Assembly: GCA_016785015.1 (NCBI GenBank) | Contig: JADHTJ010000007.1 | Span: forward strand, 4,615-68,614 | DNA length: 64,000 bases | Reading direction: 5' to 3' | From: Anaerolineales bacterium | Lineage (GTDB): Bacteria; Chloroflexota; Anaerolineae; Anaerolineales; UBA11858 | Shown here: one piece after another, positions 9,446 through 16,906 of the stretch | How positions within the stretch are numbered: position 1 is the stretch's first letter | Layout: each line of letters opens with the position of its first letter | The notes under the pieces: model-generated | Database searches by the model: none | Seen by the model: only the letters and a program-made list of their open reading frames with translations | What the model was told of the DNA's origin: nothing | Position numbers and translations under genes: made by a program

Positions 9446-11425
9446 TCAAACTTCTTGATCCCTCAGCCTAAACAAAATATGCCGGGTGTTGGTTATTAGC
9501 AACACCACCAATAGGAACAGGTAAAAACGGTTGCTGACGACTTCATTGAAGATGGTTTCGGGTTGCAGGTCAAAGCCCCGAAGAATGTAGACACCCGCCA
9601 ATATTCCAGCTGTAATTAATGTGATCAGCAGTACTCGGCCAATCAACCTGATAACCATAGATACAGTGAAAACCCACTTGCCTACCAGAGAACTGAAATT
9701 GAACATCGGAGAGCCAAGGAAGTTCTGGGTGCGGTAGAGCAATTTTTCACCTGTTTTAGCCACTTCCTCTAATCTCAGAAATATGGTGTCGTCCAGGCCG
9801 CGGCGGAACTGGTTTTCGATGCCCTTAATGACGCGTTTCTTGGCTTGTTTCTCTCGAAACTTGCGAAAGCGAAGATACTCGTCAAATCGGTTTACTTCTT
9901 TGCAGATACGAACAGCGACAGTGTCGTAAAGTAGGGTCGCCCGGATCATCCTTAGGGTGTGTATCGCCACAGGGATATTATGATCACGCGAGAACTTGAA
10001 AAAGCTCATCCACTGCCTGACGGAAGTTCGCTCCCACCATTCAGTATGTTCTAGTTTGCTTTTGAAAATCGTCAACACGCGAGTATATTCAGCTTCGGCT
10101 TGCTGAAAAAGTTCTTTTACATCTAGGGGTGGGAGCGGTTCGAAGAGTTTAAGTGTGCCGCGGGCCATACCTTCGGCATCGTTCTCTCCTGATGCCATCG
10201 CAGTTAATTCCAGGCCAAGTCGCTGCTCACGGTTGAATGATCCACAAGACCCAAAATCAATGAAAGTGAGTTTAGAGTTTCGGCGCACGATGACATTGGC
10301 CGGATGGGGGTCGGCATGAAAAATCAGGTTTTCCTGCATGCCCCAATAATTGACCCAAAGAAGTCGTTGCGCGACCTTCTGGGGATCAATGTTTAGTTCG
10401 CGCATTCTTGCAAGGGCTTGGATGTTCTTTTGTTCGACCCCAGCCATGATCTCCCAAAGCCATATTCCCGAGGTGTACTTTTGGACAATGACTTCTTGGC
10501 TGCTGAATTTGAAATAAACACGTGGAGCAGTGAAGAACCCCTTTTTCGTCTTTTTGGCGCTGCGCCGAAACATATCCTGGAAGCGCGCTTCCTGAACAAA
10601 ATCTAGCTCTTCTAATAATGTGTTTTGAAGTTCCCGCCTGATATTCTGGGTGTATCCTGGGCGGACCAGTGTTAGGAACTCAGCCAAATCCAATAGCCAA
10701 TCGAAGACTTTGAAGTCAGCCATGAATAGCTCACCAATGCCAGGTCGACGAACTTTGACAGCAACTTTTTCTCCGCTCTTTAAGATAGCTTGATAAACAT
10801 TTGCTATAGAGGCCGAACCGATAGGATCAGGGTCAAATATGGAAAATATATCTTCCCAAGCAAATCCCGTGGTTCGTTCAATAATTTCTAAAGCTTGCTC
10901 AATAGCAAAGGGGGGCACGCGGTCGAGCATTTTTGAGAGTTCAACTGTATAGGCCCATGGCAGCAGATCGATACGCATGGCCATCTGTTGGCCGAATTTG
11001 ATGAAGGTACCTCCTGCTCTCTCAAAAGCGCGTCTCAAACGTATTGCCCGACGAGTTTCACTATCGCGACGCCGCAAGCGATCCCATATGTTTCCCCCTA
11101 TGAAATAAAAGATCATCGAAAGCCAGATGAATAAACGCCCCAGGGCCTTGATGCGACTGGTTTTAAAAACTAATGGTTCTACAACGGGCAAAGATATATC
11201 ACTCGCCGACTGGGAACTGATCTCTCGCCGAGGTATCGTGCTGATAACATCTGTGTGACTGCGATCTTGTGGTTTTTTCCCTTCAGGTAGTATGACACCA
11301 GATCCATTTTTGCAGCTTCCGTTTTGCGCCCGAATCCCTTGCCAATTCTGGATGTTTTTCTTGATGGCTCGTTTTGTCCCTTTACGGAGCTTGATTTGGC
11401 GATTCTGGTCGTCTGAAGTACTCAT
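9446..11425 (-). CDS. ABC1/UbiB-family atypical protein kinase (paralog 2)
   Basis: GTFIKFGQQMAMRIDLLP, ASIANVYQA..VAVKVRRPGI and HADPHPANV motifs, plus C-terminal TM helices. Confidence 0.9.
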   Translation of the reverse strand: MSTSDDQNRQIKLRKGTKRAIKKNIQNWQGIRAQNGSCKNGSGVILPEGKKPQDRSHTDVISTIPRREISSQSASDISLPVVEPLVFKTSRIKALGRLFIWLSMIFYFIGGNIWDRLRRRDSETRRAIRLRRAFERAGGTFIKFGQQMAMRIDLLPWAYTVELSKMLDRVPPFAIEQALEIIERTTGFAWEDIFSIFDPDPIGSASIANVYQAILKSGEKVAVKVRRPGIGELFMADFKVFDWLLDLAEFLTLVRPGYTQNIRRELQNTLLEELDFVQEARFQDMFRRSAKKTKKGFFTAPRVYFKFSSQEVIVQKYTSGIWLWEIMAGVEQKNIQALARMRELNIDPQKVAQRLLWVNYWGMQENLIFHADPHPANVIVRRNSKLTFIDFGSCGSFNREQRLGLELTAMASGENDAEGMARGTLKLFEPLPPLDVKELFQQAEAEYTRVLTIFKSKLEHTEWWERTSVRQWMSFFKFSRDHNIPVAIHTLRMIRATLLYDTVAVRICKEVNRFDEYLRFRKFREKQAKKRVIKGIENQFRRGLDDTIFLRLEEVAKTGEKLLYRTQNFLGSPMFNFSSLVGKWVFTVSMVIRLIGRVLLITLITAGILAGVYILRGFDLQPETIFNEVVSNRFYLFLLVVLLITNTRHILFRLRDQEV

Positions 11426-11488
11426 TGTAAGTGTGATTTGTTCCCGAATATCTTTGTTTGGCTAAAAAGGGATGGGGCAGGGTTACGA

Positions 11489-13354
11489 TTAAATTTCTTT
11501 ATCACCTAAGCGAAAGAGAATTGTGCGGATATTGATGACCAATAAAAGCAGGATCACCATCAAATAAGTCCGACTGGAAATTATGCGCATAAATGCGTTG
11601 GCAAAATTGGTCAATTGCTGGCTCATCCTCCATTCCTTGGCATAAAAAATTCCCAGTGCTAATAAAGTGACGATGACAAGATGCCCCAATAATCTGAATA
11701 TGATCGCTAATGAATACACAGATTTGTCCAAAACAGCGTTGAACTTTAGCATAGGCGTTGCCAAAACCCGTTGTAGCTGGCGGAAAAGGCGTTCGCTGGT
11801 ATCTGCTAGTTCTTCAATTTGCAGATAGACTCGGCCATCTAATCCGTCTTGGAGCTGACTTGCCAGGCGTTCTTCCACGCGTTCTCGGGCGCGTTTGGCG
11901 CGATACTTGGTGAACTTCTGATACTCTCTGACATGGTCGATTCTGTTGCATAGTCGCGCCGCAATAGTGTCATTTAGCAGGCAGGCGCGAATTAAACGTA
12001 ATATGTGAATGCTCATAGCCACGCTGTGATCCCGGGCAACCTTCACAAAACCCAACCACAACCTGGCAGAAGTGCGTTCCCACCATTCAATATGCTTACT
12101 CTCGATAGCATATAAAAATTGCCAGTAATTCGACTCTAGATCTTTAGTAAATTTAATTGTGTCGATGGGGGGTAAAGGCTCTAATAGAACCATCGAGGCT
12201 TGCGCCATTTCGAGAGGATCCCGTTTCCAGGCGTAATACATAGCCTGCTGCATTGCCTGACGTTTTTCGCTGCTCATTGCGCCAACTGAACTGAAATCAA
12301 TGAAGGTCAGATGGCTATTTTCTCCAACGATAACCTCATCAGGATGCAGATCTGCCCGGAAGAGCAAATGCTCATCTAACCCCCAAAAATTGACCCACAT
12401 AAGCCGTTTGGCAACCAGTTTTGGATCGATATTCAGTTGATCTACTCGAGTTAAAGCTTCTTGATCGTCATGTTCAACGGCCGCCAGCAACTCCCAGAGC
12501 CACATCCCTTCTGTGAATTCTTGAACGGTGACCTCGTGACTGCATAGCTCGAAATATATGTGTGGTGCGTTAAAGAACTTTTTGCCAGATTTTTTTGCTT
12601 CGCTCCTGAACAGAGCCTGGTGGCGAGCTTCGAGCATGAAGTTCAATTCATCCTCGATGGCTTCGCGCAATTCTCTACGGATGTTTTGTGTGAATCCAGG
12701 GCGAATGATGCTCAGAAATTCTGCTGTGTCCAGCATCCAATCCAAGGCTTTGAGATCGGACATGAAAAGCTCACCGATTTTTGGACGACGGACTTTGACT
12801 GCTACTTTTACATCATTGTGCAGGATAGCTTGGTAAACACATGCTACTGAATTTGAGACAATCGGATCTGGGTCGAATTGAGCAAATACCTCTGCCAGAG
12901 GTTTGTTGGTGGCTTTTTCGATTACTTCTATCGCATCATCAACTGCGAATGGTTCAATTTCGTCGACAATTTTTGATAACTCAACGCAATATGCCCAAGG
13001 TAATATGTCAATGCGCATTGCCAATAGGCGACCGATCTTTTTGAAAGTTCCACCAGTGTTTTCAAAAATATGCCTTAATCGTTCTGCCCGCTTTGCTTCC
13101 GTATTGACCCCTCGCACTGCATTCCAAAAATTCCCTGCTGTGAAAGAGAATCCCGAGTAACACCAGACGGCCAAGCGCCTCAATACCTGAGAGTATCGAA
13201 TCGAGAAACCGGCTGTCTGCATCATTGGCGGAGTCACCTCTGTTGTCTCGGTGGTGATGAACTCACGCCGAGGCAAACTCGCCATAACCCCAGGCTGGTT
13301 TTTGCGCGGCCGCGGGTGCAGCGTTATCGGCTGATTAGTTTCTGTGCTTTTCAT
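11489..13354 (-). CDS. ABC1/UbiB-family atypical protein kinase (paralog 1)
   Basis: GTFKKIGRLLAMRIDILP, VAVKVRRPKI and RADLHPDEV motifs. Collinear with the neighbouring paralog, with C-terminal TM helices. Confidence 0.9.
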   Translation of the reverse strand: MKSTETNQPITLHPRPRKNQPGVMASLPRREFITTETTEVTPPMMQTAGFSIRYSQVLRRLAVWCYSGFSFTAGNFWNAVRGVNTEAKRAERLRHIFENTGGTFKKIGRLLAMRIDILPWAYCVELSKIVDEIEPFAVDDAIEVIEKATNKPLAEVFAQFDPDPIVSNSVACVYQAILHNDVKVAVKVRRPKIGELFMSDLKALDWMLDTAEFLSIIRPGFTQNIRRELREAIEDELNFMLEARHQALFRSEAKKSGKKFFNAPHIYFELCSHEVTVQEFTEGMWLWELLAAVEHDDQEALTRVDQLNIDPKLVAKRLMWVNFWGLDEHLLFRADLHPDEVIVGENSHLTFIDFSSVGAMSSEKRQAMQQAMYYAWKRDPLEMAQASMVLLEPLPPIDTIKFTKDLESNYWQFLYAIESKHIEWWERTSARLWLGFVKVARDHSVAMSIHILRLIRACLLNDTIAARLCNRIDHVREYQKFTKYRAKRARERVEERLASQLQDGLDGRVYLQIEELADTSERLFRQLQRVLATPMLKFNAVLDKSVYSLAIIFRLLGHLVIVTLLALGIFYAKEWRMSQQLTNFANAFMRIISSRTYLMVILLLLVINIRTILFRLGDKEI

Positions 13355-13366
13355 TCAAACCCATTT

Positions 13367-13450
13367 ATGGAAAATAGGGTGCAAGTTGGCGCATTCCGCT
13401 ACTTGCACCCTATTTTCCATTACACCCCCTCCCCCAATTTTGGGGAGGGG
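13367..13450. repeat. Two adjacent hairpin repeats (ATGGAAAATAGGGTGCAAGT...ACTTGCACCCTATTTTCCAT; CCCCTCCCCCAATTTTGGGGAGGGG)
   Basis: Read directly. Shares the GAAAATAGGG/CCCTATTTTC arm core with the element at 4319-4441. Confidence 0.65.
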
Positions 13451-13465
13451 TAAGGGGTGGAGTTA

Positions 13466-13882
13466 TTACCAGCGCCATCTCCGCAGCGTGCGCGATACAG
13501 ATCGAAGCTGACGGCGAAGTCGCTTCCTTGACTCTGGTGTGTTCATCGCCCGAGCCATATCATAGGGGATCGGGCTGGCTTCCTTCATCGCTCGCGTCAT
13601 CGCCAATCCTGAGTTTGGAAGGAAATCGCGAATCGCTCCATCCTGCTTCTTACGCGCAGATTGGCTGCTCCGTTTTCGGTACGTCGAAAGACCTTCCTCG
13701 ACGGCGCGGGCCATGCGATGCGTTGAGCGAGTTAGATGACGCTCCATGCGTTGAGCTTCTTCAAAACCCTTCGAGTAGCGCCTCTTTTTCTTGCTTTTCT
13801 TCTTTTCGAGCGTCAAAACGATAGGTTTTCCGAACGCCTCGGGTTGAGTCTCAAGGTGTTCTTCAGTAGTAGTCTCTGCCAT
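13466..13882 (-). CDS. Small highly basic hypothetical protein (138 aa)
   Basis: Strong RBS (gaggagg 7 nt upstream of the ATG). No recognisable domain. Shares the N-terminal motif P-I-[VI]-[LI]-x-L-x-K-x-KSK with the next gene. Confidence 0.6.
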   Translation of the reverse strand: MAETTTEEHLETQPEAFGKPIVLTLEKKKSKKKRRYSKGFEEAQRMERHLTRSTHRMARAVEEGLSTYRKRSSQSARKKQDGAIRDFLPNSGLAMTRAMKEASPIPYDMARAMNTPESRKRLRRQLRSVSRTLRRWRW

Positions 13883-13914
13883 ATCAAAACCTCCTCACAG
13901 AATTTTGAAAGTTG

Positions 13915-14175
13915 CTAAAATCCAAACATGCCCCGTTGCCGTTTGAGTTTGGGCCTTTTTCTGTAAACCAAAACCAACGGCACCAAGGTCTTGCCTTCGA
14001 GATCATCACCGAGCATAGAACCAACTTCTTCGATGACATCCTCAACTTCAAACCACAGTTTTCCGCGCCCTTCCATCAGGCGTTTGATTCTCTTGCTCTT
14101 CTGTTTTCCCAAATCAATGATAATGGGTTCGGTCACTTCGAGATCAACTTCTTTGGAATCATTTTCCTCTGCCAT
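13915..14175 (-). CDS. Small hypothetical protein (86 aa)
   Basis: RBS aaggag 7 nt upstream. Motif EPIIIDLGKQKSKRIKRL..GRGKL. No recognisable domain. Confidence 0.6.
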   Translation of the reverse strand: MAEENDSKEVDLEVTEPIIIDLGKQKSKRIKRLMEGRGKLWFEVEDVIEEVGSMLGDDLEGKTLVPLVLVYRKRPKLKRQRGMFGF

Positions 14176-14366
14176 GGCTATTCTCCTTTACTTCATCTTA
14201 CCTTAAAATTACACGCTAATCATAGCACAGTCCTATCATCTGCTACAATAATCTATAGGAATAATTGGTTCTATGGGAATTACCGAGAGAGACCTCCCAA
14301 ATGGCCCCCCCTTACCAACGGCGATTCCTAAAGATTTGAATAATTCTGAACTTTAAGGAGGTACTT

Positions 14367-15647
14367 GTGAAGAGAGCTTTGGGAAAATTTGAGACTGCCG
14401 CAGCCCTTTCAGGGGAGCATGCGGTATGGAATATTGTGGGGATGCTGCACTTAGACGGAATCCCGTCTCCAGACAATTTGCGCGCGGCTTTGGAAATCTT
14501 ACAAGCACGTCATCCCTTATTGAGAGTACGTTTGATCCTAGAGGGCGGCCGACATTATTTTGAATCTGGAGATGTGCCTGCAATACCAATGAATGTCCAC
14601 CAGCGCAGGGATGACGATCATTGGGTTGAGATTGTAGAAGATTACCTGAATTTCAAGTTTGAACATTCCCAAGGGCCGCTTCTCCAGTGCGCATTTTTGA
14701 CCGATGGACAGAAAAAGGGCGAAGTGATTTTAGCGGCCCAACATTCGATTGTTGATGGCCCTTCTGTTGAAAACTTGTTCCGAGAATTAATGACTTTGTG
14801 CGCGCTGATCGAATCCACGGCTGACATCGATAGTTTCGAGCCGCTGGCGCCCCTGCCGCCAGTGGAAGAATCCTTCCCGTCAGGTTTCCAAGGGTTTGAT
14901 CTCAAACGTAAAACCCTAGGTTATTTTGGATCTCAAATGGGGGATGAGTTTGCTTACCAAATGAAATTGCGCGGCAAAAGAAAACCTCCGATCCACCTTG
15001 ACGCCAGGGGGCGCGTTTTGCACATGCGCACTCCAGAAGAGCAGACGAAATCAATCGTGCGCCGCGCTCGCCAACAGCGAGTCACTCTGAATAGTGCCAT
15101 CAATGCTGCAGTGCTGTTGAGCGTGCAGAAACACCTTTACGCTGGCACGGAGATGCCCTTCCGTTTTATGTCTATGGCAGATTTACGACCATACATCGAG
15201 CCGCCCGCACCACCAGACCAGGTGGCTTGCTATATCTCCCCACTACGCTACACCGTTCAGGTTATGACAGATGATACGGTGTGGCCATTAGCCCGGCGTA
15301 TCAATGAGCAGATCTATGCTTCCACAAAACGGGGAGAGAAGTTTCTGGCCTCAGTAATGGGTGAGCAGTTCATGCGCATGACCTTTGGGATGAAGAAATT
15401 CCGCATGGCAACCACCGCGCTGAGTTATGGGGGGGCATCGAAGCTTGAGCCTGAATTTGGGCCATACAAGATCACCGGCGTGCACGGCTTCGTATCCAAT
15501 TTTGGCCTCGGCCCAGAGTTTTCTGGCCAGGTCAGTATTTTCAATGATGAGCTTTGGTGGGACATGCTCTATTTGGATACGGATATGGATCGCGAAATGG
15601 CCAACCAGATTTTTGATGAGATTCACAGCATTTTGGTAGAAGCCTAA
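14367..15647 (+). CDS. Condensation-domain-like acyltransferase (PapA5 / WS-DGAT superfamily)
   Basis: GTG start with an aaggagg RBS. Active-site-like motif AAQHSIVDGPS (variant of HHxxxDG). Size and N-terminal LRAALEILQARHPLLRVR resemble stand-alone C-domain transferases. Confidence 0.6.
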   Translation: MKRALGKFETAAALSGEHAVWNIVGMLHLDGIPSPDNLRAALEILQARHPLLRVRLILEGGRHYFESGDVPAIPMNVHQRRDDDHWVEIVEDYLNFKFEHSQGPLLQCAFLTDGQKKGEVILAAQHSIVDGPSVENLFRELMTLCALIESTADIDSFEPLAPLPPVEESFPSGFQGFDLKRKTLGYFGSQMGDEFAYQMKLRGKRKPPIHLDARGRVLHMRTPEEQTKSIVRRARQQRVTLNSAINAAVLLSVQKHLYAGTEMPFRFMSMADLRPYIEPPAPPDQVACYISPLRYTVQVMTDDTVWPLARRINEQIYASTKRGEKFLASVMGEQFMRMTFGMKKFRMATTALSYGGASKLEPEFGPYKITGVHGFVSNFGLGPEFSGQVSIFNDELWWDMLYLDTDMDREMANQIFDEIHSILVEA

Positions 15648-15728
15648 AAGAAGAGTTCCCCCGTCGCGATGCCACGGGATGCAAGCAAGGTCGCCTGCTA
15701 ACGGGGTTCGGTGACAATCAATTGAAAA

Positions 15729-15925
15729 AATTAACTTAAGTTGCTACCTTATGCAGTTATCCCGCGACTACGACGTCTAAATGCGAGAATAATAACAATA
15801 ACTGCCTGAGCGGACACTGAGCTGAATCCTGAGCCTGTCGAAGGGTGTCGAAGTGGTAGTCGAAGGCTGGATAAGGGCGTCTCCGCTCAGGATGTTGATC
15901 CGTTTGGTGGCAACTGGAGTTAATT
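15729..15925. repeat. MITE-like element, copy 1 (terminal inverted repeats AATTAACTTAAGTTGCTACC / GGTGGCAACTGGAGTTAATT)
   Basis: TIRs read directly. Internal GTCGAAGG x3 and CCTGAGCGGAC...GTCTCCGCTCAGG. A second copy lies at 23928-24094. Confidence 0.6.
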
Positions 15926-16175
15926 ACCTGAAAACTTCAATGATGAACACACTCACCACCAAGATTATCAAAGGTGCTCCAAGTATATAACCAATCAACC
16001 AGGCAACACCGCTTGGCTTTGCCATATTGATTGTTACGCCCATCCATGGAATACGCTTGGGGACCCAAGTTCGCGAATCCTTGTGACTGAAGTACATCGA
16101 AAGCCACTTCGGACCCGATGTCCAATTCTCAGGGGTTTCCCATTCCTTTTGGTCTATCTCATTTTGTGATATCAC
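15924..16175 (-). CDS. DUF5808-like small membrane protein
   Basis: W..MYFSHKDSRTWVPKRIPWMGVTINMAKP followed by a TM helix resembles DUF5808. The in-frame GTG at 16175 sits 2 nt after the upstream stop and avoids the 65-nt overlap implied by the ORF-track ATG at 16241. Confidence 0.5.
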   Translation of the reverse strand: MISQNEIDQKEWETPENWTSGPKWLSMYFSHKDSRTWVPKRIPWMGVTINMAKPSGVAWLIGYILGAPLIILVVSVFIIEVFR

Positions 16176-16176
16176 A

Positions 16177-16695
16177 TTATCCCTTTGTCTGGAGTTTCTC
16201 AGACCATTTTGTTGCCATTGAATCTGGGACTGCAAAGGCAAGATGCTTTTGATTGGGGGTCAGAAGATTAAATGTCCGTTTTCCCATTAAATATTTTCCT
16301 GATAACCATTTGCCTTCATGGATTTTTTGAATATCAGCTAACTGTACAATGCATTCATTGCCAACTATGGGTACTAGCCTTAGCGTTGTTTCTTCTAGAA
16401 TGGCGATACCCGGCGATTGGATATTTCCAATTTGCATCAAACTTTCACTGAACAAACCTTGATGATTGGGATATTTCTTGCTTAATGATTTTACTCTGCT
16501 GCCCACAAAGCCATAAATCAAACTAAAGATTATGCCAAAAGGAATCGCGATCAAGAGGAATAGAGATTCATTTCCAATTAATGGATATAGAATCATTATC
16601 CCTCCTAAAGCCAGTATCAATGGGATAAGAGTAAATAGCAAAACACTTTCTATATTCCAAGACCAATTCTCAATTAATCTACTGGGTTCATCCAT
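16177..16695 (-). CDS. Hypothetical membrane protein (3 TM helices + possible PH/GRAM-like C-domain)
   Basis: Hydrophobic N-terminal half. No confident family assignment. Confidence 0.5.
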   Translation of the reverse strand: MDEPSRLIENWSWNIESVLLFTLIPLILALGGIMILYPLIGNESLFLLIAIPFGIIFSLIYGFVGSRVKSLSKKYPNHQGLFSESLMQIGNIQSPGIAILEETTLRLVPIVGNECIVQLADIQKIHEGKWLSGKYLMGKRTFNLLTPNQKHLAFAVPDSMATKWSEKLQTKG

Positions 16696-16713
16696 TCTGT
16701 AATTCCAATTATT

Positions 16714-16839
16714 TCATGAGTTACGCAGTTGCCCCCCTAACCCCCCAACCTTGGGGGGAATCTTTGGGCATCTCCCCCCAGAATTGGGGGGCAGGGGGGC
16801 TTACTCCCGAATACTCTTTTATCTGCGTAACTCCTATGA
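16714..16839. repeat. Nested palindromic element (arms CATGAGTTACGCA / TGCGTAACTCCTATG; inner hairpins CCCCCCAACCTTGGGGGG and CCCCCCAGAATTGGGGGG)
   Basis: Read directly. Shares the GTTACGCA/TGCGTAAC arms with the element at 4319-4441. Generates the spurious ORF 16716..17012. Confidence 0.65.
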
Positions 16840-16906
16840 ATGATTTCAATGATGCTCTCTCACGGCACTTATCAGGTGCTTCACAAAAAGTTTTGCTATT
16901 TTGTGG

